A model generated the notes under the pieces. That model ran no database searches. It had not been told where the DNA came from and worked only from the letters and a program-made list of their open reading frames with translations. From positions 63,798,001-63,862,000 of the forward strand of contig OX597828.1 in assembly GCA_951406725.2 (NCBI GenBank): a stretch of 64,000 nt of DNA. The letters are read 5' to 3'. Of the stretch, positions 29,693 through 40,715 are shown one piece after another. Each line of letters begins with the position of its first letter. Position 1 is the first letter of the stretch. The position numbers were made by a program, and so were the translations under genes. Source of the DNA: Octopus vulgaris (Eukaryota).

Positions 29693-30279
29693 AGTCAAAA
29701 TATGGGTGAAAAAATTGGATATTAATTTAATAACACCAATTCAAACACCAAGTGGCCTAGCGTATAAAAGACTGGGATTCAGTAAATATTATTAATAAAA
29801 AAACTAAGAGAGAATCCACTATGTGGATGCTCTAACGCTAGATATAGATCCGCAAAGGGAATCCACCACCAAAGAATTGTTCTCAAGAAATAATTCAACA
29901 CACTAAGAACGTAAGCGAGCAGGACAATGGAAAAATAATGAAAATATAGATTAACTTTATACAATTGTTTCATCGTTAATAAATTATGTAATTTTACTTA
30001 CATAAATATCTTCGATTCTTCAGTAGAGTACGTCAAAAATATAATTTGTCGAACTGCACGGCAAATATCAACACGAGGTTGGAGAGAGGCGAACAGTACG
30101 GCCGATTATATTCACAGTTACATTCAAATGCTCTCGTTCTGGCGCGCTAAATTTCCGGATATAAATACTGCATAAGTAATTTACTGCCGGTTTGAGAACA
30201 TATTAATTTTGTGTATTAATTTGGTGTTTGAATTGGTGTTATTAAATTAATATCCAATTTTTTCACCCTTATTTTGACT
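29693..30279 (-). mobile_element. Non-coding Penelope-like pLTR-type element with 57-bp terminal inversion
   Basis: 29693-29749 is reverse-complemented at 30221-30278. It starts at a (TA)n run and contains a hammerhead at 29954-30029. Confidence 0.75.
29954..30029 (-). ncRNA. Hammerhead ribozyme (type I, intact core, extended stem II)
   Basis: Reverse complement: actcta CTGAAGA atcg-[37-nt AT-rich hairpin]-cgat GAAA caattGTA taaagt. Palindromic stem III ACAATTGT, GUA site, one stem I mismatch. Confidence 0.85.
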
Positions 30280-30845
30280 CACCCAGAGACAAGTTGGAAG
30301 TTCATGTTGGTGTTATTCCTGTGGTGCCATATATTTGGTTTTGCACATAGTATTGTTCTAGAGAATGTTTAAGAAATCATAAGAAAATTATGTTCGTTTT
30401 AAAACTTGAGATTTCATAGAAAGTATTTTGCGTAGGATATGAGCAGTTCCCATGATCACTATCTTTTGAATTTCTGCCAGTTTGGGGTTTCTTGGTATCT
30501 GAGTTAGGTAGCAATCAGCCCCTTTTGCTATCATTCCCAGGGCACCTATGACAATAGGTATTGTTTAGTCTTCAGGTTCCACATTTTGCTGATTTCAATT
30601 TCAAGATCTTTATACTTGCTCAGTTTTTCGTAGGTCTTGACAGATACGTTTATTGGGACAGTCATATCAATGAAGAGGCATGGATCTAACAGTATTTGTC
30701 TCTCTTATTCAATATGAAAATATACGGCCAACAGTGTTCGATTACACGATCCGTCTGAAATTCATTGTCCCAGAGTATCGTTATTTTCCCATTCTCCTGC
30801 ATAACTTTACTTGGTAGATGCTCATACCAGTTCTCTGTTACTCCA
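30279..30845 (-). mobile_element. 3' fragment of an R4/Dong retrotransposon
   Basis: 30279-30682 is near-identical to the C-terminal ORF and 3'UTR of the 31450-35562 element. 30686-30845 encodes a divergent RLE segment (WYEHLP...ILWDNEFQTDRVIEH). Abuts (TAA)n. Confidence 0.85.
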
Positions 30846-30904
<59 letters not shown>

Positions 30905-30917
30905 CATTATTATTATT

Positions 30918-31129
30918 AAGGCGGCAAGCTGCTAGAATCGTTAGCGCGCTGGACAAAATGTTTAGCGGAATTTCGTCCGTCTTTACGTTTTGAGTTCAAA
31001 TTCCGCCGTGGTCGACTTTGCCTTTCATCCTTTCGGGATCGATGAAATAAGTACCAATTATGCAGTGGGGTCGATGTAATCGACTAGCCTCTTTCCCCAA
31101 AATTTCGAAGGCCTTGTGCCTAGAGTAGA

Positions 31130-31131
<2 letters not shown>
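30918..31131 (+). mobile_element. tRNA-derived SINE with Meta-like central domain
   Basis: GAGTTCAAATTCCGCC B-box-like sequence followed by GCCTTTCATCCTTTCGGGATCGATGAAATAAGTACCA. Same family as 57212-57444, with partial copies near 7080, 7980, 43010 (-), 43310 and 45150. Confidence 0.8.
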
Positions 31132-31167
<36 letters not shown>

Positions 31168-32127
31168 TAATAATAATAACAATAATAATAATAATGATAA
31201 TAATAATAATAATGACCTTTTACTGACCATTAACGTCCTTTGTCTCCACCATCTACCGTAGCTATTTATAGACCCAAAGAACATGAATTCTTTAACCAGC
31301 CATTCTCCAACACAATGGAGTGTTGATGGTGGCTGTGGCTACACATAAAACAATGTCATTGAAGATGATGATGGTGATGGTGATGTTGCTGATGATGGTG
31401 ATGGTGGTGAAGATGATAGTTGTCCCTTTCTTTTCGTTTCCTTCTCCGTATTTTATTCTCATTATTTCGAACTAATACAGACACAGTGAGCCTTGAAGAA
31501 AGGAAGAGGAGGAAAGGAAAAAAAAAAAAAAATGTCCGGAGATAAAACTATCAACAAAAAAAATACAGACGAATATAGATCTGCTAGTCTTAAGAAGCGG
31601 CGCTATGAGCAATGCTTACATGTAGTGAACCCTAAACTGACAGATCCATCTCCTAATATAAGAATGGATGCTCGTCATGCTTCAAGGTCAACAAATCAAA
31701 CAATAAACCGCATTGGTCATTGCGCGGATTACAAAAGACCACGTACCCGAAAATTGAACCAAATCCTGATTGAAAAATCAGTTACTGGATCAAATCTTCC
31801 CAGCACACAGGAGCTGGACGAACCCCACAACCGGAATATTCCAACAGATGGCATCCATGCTCATCACCAAATAATCAAAAGAAAAAGAAGGAAAAATGGT
31901 CTAGGGAAGATAATAAAGAAGTTATTGAGGCCTTCTACCATGCCATATATTTCCCCACAGATAAGTCTAGCACTGTACAAGCATACTTAAACTGGAGACA
32001 GAAACACCCTGAAGTAAGACCCTACATAGACAGTAACAAGCTTGCCAATGTTAGAAGAAACATTATAAAAAAGAAATTACTGACTGAAGTAGAGATTGAT
32101 CAGGTTAGACAAGCAATATCGGATAAA

Positions 32128-33018
32128 ATGAACGAAGCTGCAGCTAGAGAAGATAATACAGAGGAAATGATTATAGACCAGCCCAGGGCGGATAAAAACG
32201 AAGAGAGGATTGAAAGAGTTAGTATAAGTGATAGGCAAAGTGAAATACTCCCTGAACCAATCATAAACACTAAGACAGATGAGCATCAAATAGATAAAGA
32301 AAGTCACACAAATATTGACCCAACAGAACTACATGAGCTAAAAAATCAAATCATGATTGAATGGCTGAAAATTAAAGAAACCAGCATGGATGAGCGTGAT
32401 ACACTTCCTAAAATCCGCAACTCTAACCAAAACATGAAAATAATTGGTAAAATCCGGCTTGCACTTAAGGATATAATTTCAGTTAATGATGTTGATATCA
32501 CAAACCTCAACCACCTATACTATGCATCCGCGAAAATCTCAACGATCCTATGTGGTGTAAAGATTAGAAAACGGCAACAGTCCCACAAAAAGCCTTCTTG
32601 GCAAGAGCGTCTGCAACAACAAATTAAAATATTTAGATCTGACATTGAATATTTGAAAAACCTTAAGGCTCACAAGACTACCAAACCTACAAAAACCCCA
32701 AAATTACTGAAAAAATACAATATGAAAACTATACTTGATATTGATGCCACCATAGAAACCATCAAACAAAAGGTATCTGCCAAAGCTGCCCGCATAGCGA
32801 GGTATGAAAAGCGTGTTAGATTTTTCAAGGACAACAACATGTTTAAAAATAACACCAAGAATTTTTACAGGAAGATAGGAAAAACAGCGTTTACTGCAGG
32901 GTCTGTACCATCAAAAGAAGAAGTGCAGAGATTTTGGAATAAAATCTGGGCAGAAGAAAAAACACACAACGAAAAGGCCCCTGGACTGACAGAATATCTA
33001 CAGAACTGGACCCCTTAG
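32128..33018 (+). pseudogene. N-terminal part of the R4/Dong ORF, frameshifted near 32980
   Basis: KPSWQERL...LKKY...KQKVSAKAARIARYEKR...NNMFKNNTKNFYR...FWNKIW is the pre-RT region typical of R4 elements. It continues in another frame as WTDRIS...WKSPGKDKIPNFWL. Confidence 0.85.
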
Positions 33019-33176
33019 AAGAGCAAAAGTGGGAGGGTGTCAAGGTAGAAGATATAAGATCTGCTCTCAGGAGGTCAAGCAAATGGAAGTCTCCAGGAAA
33101 GGATAAAATTCCTAACTTCTGGCTGAATGCCTTCCCAGAGAGCCATGAACTGCTAACAGAACTGTACAATGATGTT

Positions 33177-35342
33177 TTGCAACACCCTAGTAGGATGCCT
33201 CCTTGGCTAGTTAATGGGTTAACATTCCTGCTTCCAAAAAGTGAAGAAACAAATGAACCAAAAAACTATAGACCCATAACCTGCTTAACAACTATGTACA
33301 AAACACTAACATCTGTCCTGACGGAATATACCTATAGTTTTTTAACAGACAGCAGCATATTCCCTAATGAACAGAAAGGATGTAAACGTGGATCCTACGG
33401 CTGTAAAGACCAACTACTCATCAATAAGATGATCTTAGAAGATTGTCACAAACGACACAAAAACTTATCAATAGCCTGGATAGACTATAAAAAGGCTTTT
33501 GATAGCCTACCACATAGCTGGATTAGGAAATGCCTTGAAATGTATAAGATAGCACCAACTCTGCGAAACTTCTTGACTGTAAGTATGAGATCATGGAGAA
33601 CCACACTAACTCTGAACAGTGACAGTGAATCCCTAAATGCTGGTGATGTAAAAATTTCGTGTGGCATTTTCCAGGGTGACTCACTGTCACCACTCCTCTT
33701 TTGTTTATCCTTAATACCTCTCTCAAAGCTGCTCAATGACGCGCAGTACGGGTATAAAATGTTTGATAAAAATATAAATCATCTAGTTTACATGGATGAT
33801 TTAAAGCTTTTTGCAAAAAATGATCAACAACTCAAGGGCTTACTAGCGATAGTCAAACAATTCAGTGACGACATCAGAATGCAATTCGGCCTCGATAAAT
33901 GTGCAAAGGCTACCTTTATCAAAGGAAAAATGACAGAAACATCTAACGTTAACCTTGACCAACAGAATGTCATAAAAGAATTAGACCCAGCGGAGAGCTA
34001 CAAGTACCTAGGGGTAATTGAAGGGAACGGAATAAGGCATTCAGAGATGAAGGAAAGGATCAGGAGAGAATGCTATCGAAGAGTGAGAGCAATACTCAAG
34101 ACAGAGCTGAATGCAAGAAACAGGATCGAAGCGATCAATGCAATAGCTATACCAGTCGTGACTTACAGTTTCAATATTGTTAACTGGTCAATTACTGAAA
34201 TATGTCAGCTCGACAGAAAAATAAGGAAACTGTTGACAATGCATAGAATGCACCACCCTAAGGCAGATACAGAACGACTCTATCTGCCAAGAAAAGAGGG
34301 AGGCCGTGGTCTTTTGCAACTGGCAATAACAATGAAGATTGCTACAATTGGCCTAGACACCTACCTGAAAAACTCTGAGGACTGGATGTTAAAACTTGTC
34401 TCAAAACATGAAAACAAGAAAGCATCATACTCAGTCACAAAACAGGCAAAGGAATATCTAAGTGAATTCCGAATACAACCAATTTCGGAATTAGAGATAG
34501 ATATAGAAGAAACAAGCACAGAAAAAGCTAGGCGAATGAAAACCCGTGCCAAAACTGCGGCCTTAGATATTCTGAATAATAAATGGCAAGAAAAACCTCT
34601 CTATGGCAAATACCCAAAGAGAGCGAATAATGCAGATATCGACAAAGCCCTGACCCATCAATGGCTAATGGCCTCTGGCTTAAAATCTGAAACAGAGGGG
34701 TTTATCATAGCAGCTCAAGATCAATGCCTACCAACAAGAAACTACCAGGCCAACATATTAAAGATCAGAAGCAGTCCAACGTGTCGTGTATGCAAGCAAC
34801 AAAATGAAACCATTGACCATGTGGTCTCCAAGTGCAGTCTTCTAGCGCCTACAGAGTATCTCAACAGGCACGATAGAGCTGCACAATATATTCACTGGGT
34901 AATCTGTAAAAACCTGGATTTGCCCCATGAAAAAAACTGGTGGGAACACAAACCACCCCCAGTGCTTGAAAATGACCACATCTCACTCCTCTGGAACTTC
35001 ACCATTCAAACTGACAGGAAGATAGATGCAAATAGGCCAGACATCATATTGAAAGACTTCAAACAAAGAACATGCCTCCTCATTGATATGACTGTCCCAA
35101 TCGATATAAACGTATCTGTCAAGACCTACCAAAAACTGAGCAAATATAAAGATCTTGAAATAGAAATCAGCAAAATGTGGAAGCTGAAGACAATACCTGT
35201 TGTCATAGGTGCCCTGGGAATGATAGCAAAAGGGGCTGATAGCTACCTAACTCAGATACCAGGAAACCCAAAAATGGCAGAAATTCAAAAGATAGTGCTC
35301 ATGGGAACTGCTCATATCCTACGCAAAATACTCTCTATGTAA
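33177..35342 (+). CDS. R4/Dong reverse transcriptase - CCHC finger - RLE endonuclease (frame open from about 32982)
   Basis: NYRPITCL, DYKKAFDS, GIFQGDSLSPLLF, YMDDLKL, YKYLG, CRVC...ETIDHVVSKC, RHD, RPDI, LIDM, KLSKYKDL. Confidence 0.95.
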   Translation: MQHPSRMPPWLVNGLTFLLPKSEETNEPKNYRPITCLTTMYKTLTSVLTEYTYSFLTDSSIFPNEQKGCKRGSYGCKDQLLINKMILEDCHKRHKNLSIAWIDYKKAFDSLPHSWIRKCLEMYKIAPTLRNFLTVSMRSWRTTLTLNSDSESLNAGDVKISCGIFQGDSLSPLLFCLSLIPLSKLLNDAQYGYKMFDKNINHLVYMDDLKLFAKNDQQLKGLLAIVKQFSDDIRMQFGLDKCAKATFIKGKMTETSNVNLDQQNVIKELDPAESYKYLGVIEGNGIRHSEMKERIRRECYRRVRAILKTELNARNRIEAINAIAIPVVTYSFNIVNWSITEICQLDRKIRKLLTMHRMHHPKADTERLYLPRKEGGRGLLQLAITMKIATIGLDTYLKNSEDWMLKLVSKHENKKASYSVTKQAKEYLSEFRIQPISELEIDIEETSTEKARRMKTRAKTAALDILNNKWQEKPLYGKYPKRANNADIDKALTHQWLMASGLKSETEGFIIAAQDQCLPTRNYQANILKIRSSPTCRVCKQQNETIDHVVSKCSLLAPTEYLNRHDRAAQYIHWVICKNLDLPHEKNWWEHKPPPVLENDHISLLWNFTIQTDRKIDANRPDIILKDFKQRTCLLIDMTVPIDINVSVKTYQKLSKYKDLEIEISKMWKLKTIPVVIGALGMIAKGADSYLTQIPGNPKMAEIQKIVLMGTAHILRKILSM

Positions 35343-35561
35343 TCTCAAGGTTTAAAACAAACATAATTTTCGGTTTAAAAAAAAAAAAAAAAAAACCTTT
35401 TTTTTTTTTTTTAGACATTCATTAGTACAACATCCCCACCCCCCAAATATATGGCACACTAGGCATAACAACAACATGAACTTCCAACCCTGTTGTCTCT
35501 TGAGGTCTCTGGGTGAGACTTGGAGCCAGCTTGTACAAATATAAAGCAAAAGTCAAACATA

Positions 35562-35623
<62 letters not shown>

Positions 35624-35650
35624 TATAATAATAATAATAATAACAACAAT

Positions 35651-35690
<40 letters not shown>

Positions 35691-35691
<1 letters not shown>

Positions 35692-36236
35692 ATGCCCTGA
35701 TGCAGTACAAGGTAGTGGCTGTCGTGGCTTCTGATCTTAACTGATTGGAAGTGCTATATTGTCTTGGTATAAAAGATGAGCTACAGCAAATATTCTGCTC
35801 AATACCACAGATTTGCTTGTCAGTTGCTTGACCTTAACCAGTTGACCATGTCCCTTAGTGGCTGACGATATGTGCATCTCTGATCACGAGCAGAAGTAGT
35901 GGGGGAGCATCATAGCTGTGTGTTGAGAGGGATTCTTTGGAGTTTGGATAATTCACCTCTGGAAACATGGGTGATTTGTTCAAAATCCTTAAACAACCCT
36001 TATTCAGGGACCTTTTGAGCGGGATGGGTTACTCGACTAGAAGAAAATTCTAACTGGACCCCATCTGCAAGGTCATGTGCTGTTTATCTTGATACGAGAT
36101 CACCATGTCGCGCACATATGGCTGTGATGCATGTGCCTGGTGTACCCTTATCAGACGGGTAGTCATGATGGGTATACTGGGCTTCGTATATTTGTACCCC
36201 AGTGTCACTTTGATGGCATGCACTGCTTTCTCACTC

Positions 36237-36237
<1 letters not shown>
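35691..36237. mobile_element. Unclassified non-coding insert of about 550 bp between (CAA)n and (TAA)n
   Basis: Higher-GC block with sharp edges bounded by trinucleotide repeats, directly after the Dong tail. No credible ORF. Confidence 0.4.
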
Positions 36238-36299
<62 letters not shown>

Positions 36300-36303
36300 T
36301 ATT

Positions 36304-36382
<79 letters not shown>

Positions 36383-36405
36383 CATCATCATCATCATCAT
36401 CATCA

Positions 36406-36460
<55 letters not shown>

Positions 36461-36485
36461 CTTTATTGTTATTATTATTATTATT
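36237..36485. repeat. Head-to-head (TAA)n/(TTA)n microsatellite with (TCA)n interruption
   Basis: Directly visible strand switch near 36318. Confidence 0.9.
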
Positions 36486-37248
36486 TTGCAATTCCATCCT
36501 ATTAGCTTTCTATGGAAATAGTCTGTTTTCTCATTTGTAATCCATCAGTATAATATCCTCACACCCATCCTATGTTAAACCTTCACCCCCTTGACGCATA
36601 CACACAAATACACACACACACACACATGCTTACATACAACTTCATCCAACATTCGTTTCACATCTAAAGCATATCCATTAGCTGCTCCCATTAATCATAT
36701 ATTTGATATATATATACATCATTTATATAGCATTGCGTTTTATGTTTAATATAACTTTACTTCTCTCAGTTCTGTTGGTCCTTCATTACCCCCCCAACCC
36801 CAATAATAAGTCTAACACATCTCTGGCAGCCTTTTCCACACTTTGCTCTTTAACTATTTCACTTTCAATTTGTTTTCAATTGGAATGCCTCCTTTGGCAA
36901 AACTTCAGTCGTCTCTCTAACCGGTTGTGCCACAATGGCCCGTATAGAGATATGTGTGTGCGTACACACACACACGCGCGCGCGCGCGTGCAGTGTTTGT
37001 GATGCAAATATCAAACACCTCTTCTCACGAACCCGACGCCACTTACGTGCACATGCACGGAAGAAGCACATCTAACAAGAAGTGGTCAAGTTTCGAATCA
37101 CAGCTGACAACCTTGCCCTCTTACTCTTTCTCTCGTGTGTATATGTATTTGTATTGAATAGTCAGTTCGAAGCATTGTGTGGAATATATTACATTCCGGC
37201 CTTAGCCACGAATTTTATATAGTATATAGATGTGTGTGTGTGTGTGTG

Positions 37249-37299
<51 letters not shown>

Positions 37300-37719
37300 A
37301 TTTGTGTGTATGTGTATATATATGTGTGTATATATGTGTGTGTATGTATATATATGTGTATATATATGCATGTATGTATACATATATGTATATATACATG
37401 CATATGTATATACATAAAGAAATATTAGTTATAGAACAAAGATTAAATTCGGGTCGACGACTTTACATACAACACCACGCCTCAAACATTTAATCATATA
37501 TAAAAAAAAATCACCGTGGTCCACAAACACAAAAAATAATACGTATACATAAAAATCACAGAATGTAAATATATATATATATGTTCTAATAAAATACAAA
37601 TAGAACGGCTTATCAAAAGTTACTAAAAATTACTTAAATAACGACTAAAAATTCAAAACTATCAAAAGCCCACTGGACAAATATAAAACAAAGATAAAAT
37701 AAAATAAGTGTCCACCGAC

Positions 37720-38560
37720 TAAAATGAATTTATCTGATGATTAAAATATATTTTTAAAATTATTTAAAAAAATTAAAAATATATATATTTGAAACAGTCG
37801 TTGACTTACCTCATACGAGTACGTCCAAAGTTCATAAGTAAACAGACTTCCACGGGTCAAATTCACATACATCTTGAGAAAAAGTCTTTTACTCGCTCCA
37901 CACAAGTACGTCCAAAAGTTCATAACGAGCAAACTTCACAGGTCAAATTCAACATTCACATATATCTATGGCCATTTCGGGAGCTCACCACGATCTAAAG
38001 AAGAATAATAAGAATTATTCTCTGGAATGGTCCGTTATTTCGAGAGCCACTTACTTCAGAGTAAATATAAATAAGTATAAGTTGTGTGTAAAGGAAACCC
38101 TTGCAATCCTTAAGTCCTTTGGGCCAATAGGTTTTCGTCCATCTTTTTGAAAGTATATAGGAATAAAAAGAAATGTAATAAAATTGTTTAGCGTTACGGG
38201 GATTTGAAACCGGCGAGGTTAAATTTCTGTTAACTACAGCCACCTGAGTGTTTAGCAATAGTCTCCTTTTTTTTCTATAGAAATTTTTTTTGCTATAGAA
38301 AATTTGGACTGGTCCGCTGATGGGTTCTTATTAAATCATATAAGCTTTTCATTAGACGCATTAGCTTTTCATACAAGTTTTGATATGTACATGTTTCATG
38401 TTTATCTTGATGGTGGTGGGGGTGGAGGTCATCGCCATGTTGCCCTTTAGTGTAAATAAACCGCGGTGATGGGCTCCCGAAATGGGCATAGATATATGAG
38501 AATGTTGAATTTGACCTGTGAAGTCTACTCATTATGAACTTTTGGACGTACTTGTGTGTT
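37720..38560 (+). mobile_element. Penelope-like element relic: GIY-YIG C-terminus inside a 90-bp inverted repeat
   Basis: DLKKNNKNYSLEWSVISRATYF...YKLCVKETLAIL resembles the PLE endonuclease tail (W.I..RA..Y....C.LC..E...I). 37898-37990 is inverted at 38464-38556. Confidence 0.6.
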
Positions 38561-38818
38561 TCTATAAGAGACAAATATTATTCTTGTTGTATATATATAT
38601 ATATATCAATAATAAATCTCTGAACGAGGTATTGACAGTAACTGCACGACAATGTGAAGTATATCTGCCATCTAAATATGGCTAACGACTAAGGGTGGAT
38701 GTTACTGTAGCTTGTAGCCCCAGGAGAACATCTTCTCCAGCTGGCTATTGACACACTTTCTGTGCCCTATCGGTATTAGCAAAGGGAGGTCATCCTTCCC
38801 TCGTCAACCTAAGTGATA

Positions 38819-38863
38819 CGCACGGACTGCAGTTTCTGGGTATTGACTCGTCATCAGCGCACG
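38819..38863 (-). ncRNA. Hammerhead ribozyme (mirror copy)
   Basis: Reverse complement: cgtgcg CTGATGA cgagt-caat-accca GAAA ctgcaGTC cgtgcg. Stem I pairs with two G-U wobbles. Confidence 0.8.
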
Positions 38864-38928
38864 ACAATCACCGGAAAAAGGATATATGTATTTGCATTGG
38901 GACCCTTCCATCGAAAACCGGTGATTGT

Positions 38929-38973
38929 CGTGAGCTGATGACGGGTCAGTACCCAGAAACTGCAGTCCGTGCG
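38929..38973 (+). ncRNA. Hammerhead ribozyme (type I, intact core)
   Basis: cgtgag CTGATGA c-gggt-cagt-accc-a GAAA ctgcaGTC cgtgcg. Palindromic stem III ACTGCAGT, predicted cleavage after C38967. Confidence 0.85.
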
Positions 38974-39403
38974 TATCACTTAGATTGATGAGGGAAGGAT
39001 GACCTCCCTTTGCAAATACCGATAGGGCACAGAAAGTGTGTCAATAGCCAGCTGGAGAAGATGTTCTCCTGGGGCTACAAGCTACAGTAACATCCACCCT
39101 TAGTCGTTAGACATATTTAGATGGCAAATATACTTCACATTGTCCTGCAGTTACTGTCTATACCACGTTCAGAGATTTATTATTGCTTGTTTACACTTTT
39201 TCAAGATTAGTGACGAAAAGTCACTGGAAAAAGGATATAAGTATTTGCATTGGGACCCTTCCATCGAAAACCGGTGATTGACGTGCGGAAGTGTTTGTGT
39301 CGTTTTGTCGGATTTGCGGTTGTGAGTTGAATTTTGTTGATTATTGTTGTTGAAAACTGTTGCGTCGTGTTGAACGTTATAATTGTTGAATTCTTTGTTG
39401 GGT

Positions 39404-40715
39404 ATGCAAGCCCAGACTTATGCGAAAGCAGCAGGCAAAAGCCTGTCTGCGAACGTATTACAGTTAAAAGAAATAATTATCGAGAAAGAAAATCTGAGGA
39501 AATACTATGACAGCTTCAAAAAGGAAGGAGACTGTCTGAGGGTTACAACACGTGAAGACGAAGTTAAAAAAGCAGAGAAAAAAACCATAACATACAGAAC
39601 ATGGAATGTGGTCTCAAAAAGAATAGAAGTGGCAGAAGTAGAAGAGATTGAAAAATGTTTACAAGAAATAAAAGGAAGAACTACCTTCTACAATAGAGAT
39701 AGAAAATACGCTACAGTAGAAGTTCGCTTCGAAAATGAAGATGAAGCAAAAAGGAACGCAACGACAGCGTTGAGATCAGAAAAATGGGTATTACTTCCTA
39801 CTTATTGCGGTAGAAGAGCGGCGAGGATACGAATAAGCAAAATTCCACCGGAACTTGATACCGAAAGAATAGTAACTGCAATAATTTACAACTGCAAGGA
39901 GAACGTTGACATACTCAAGGTGGAAAAGTCGAATGAAATAAACTGGTGGGGTTATGCGGTGGAAATCCTAATCCACATAACCATGCCAGATTTGTACAAC
40001 ATCGCGGAGGAGTTGGTGTTCCCCGATGAGACACGACTGAGAGTCGTGGTGGAGGGGAAACCTCCAGTGTGTTATAAATGTAAGAGAAGAGGGCACATGA
40101 AGGATGTGTGTCCTTAAAGAGAAATACAAGAGAAAAAGATAACACTGGAGGAAGGAATAAAAACTTTGACAGAGGAGTTAGAAAGAAAGAATGTAGAACT
40201 ACAAGCAGAAGAAGAAATCATGACAAAAGATATGGAAAGTGACGACGAGTTTGTGAAGGAGAAAGAAGAGGAAAGAACAGAAGGAAAAGAGGATAGAAAG
40301 CGAACACTAGTGGAATCACCACCCAAAGACCAAAAAAAAAAAAAAACTAAAAAGAAGTATGCCGACGAGACAGAGAATCGAACACACGAAGGGAGAGATA
40401 CAGCAACTAAAGTGAGTGAAGGTCCAACGTGGGAGGAAACGGAAAAATGGTCAACAAAATTGGAAGAATGTCTGAAAACATGCAAGGAAGGAGGAAGACC
40501 CAAAGGAAGGAATCTCAGAGCTGTAATGTTGCACAAAAAGATAAAGAAATTGAGAAAAAATTAGCAATAATAAAAAATCTAACGAGAGTGAAATTGAACC
40601 CGAGGATATACGATAACCAAATAAAGGCTGCAATAGTGGAAAAAGAGACGGTAAATAAATTAATAAATTTGTTTTCAAATACAGCTGTGTCCATAGCGCA
40701 TTACGTTCGATATGA
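39404..40715 (+). pseudogene. L1/Tx1-type ORF1 (gag-like zinc knuckle) with in-frame stop at 40115 and later frameshift; no ORF2 seen
   Basis: MQAQTYAKAA start, RRM-like ATVEVRFENEDEAK / RIRISKIPPEL, CX2CX4HX4C knuckle CYKCKRRGHMKDVC and a charged tail. T-rich 5'UTR from 39288. Confidence 0.75.

Larger units (their letters stand above)
31450..35562 (+). mobile_element. Near full-length R4/Dong-clade non-LTR retrotransposon (RT + restriction-like endonuclease); 5' boundary approximate
   Basis: A single long ORF broken by about 3 frameshifts, followed by a 220-nt 3'UTR and (TAA)n. Another (TAA)n lies upstream at 31131-31213, consistent with Dong targeting of TAA repeats. Confidence 0.92.
38607..39287. 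mobile_element. Fold-back plus partial-tandem non-coding element, 353-nt unit (retrozyme/pLTR-like)
   Basis: 38607-38874 is reverse-complemented at about 38918-39185. 38873-38934 is repeated directly at 39226-39287 (period 353). Starts at (TA)n. Confidence 0.9.
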
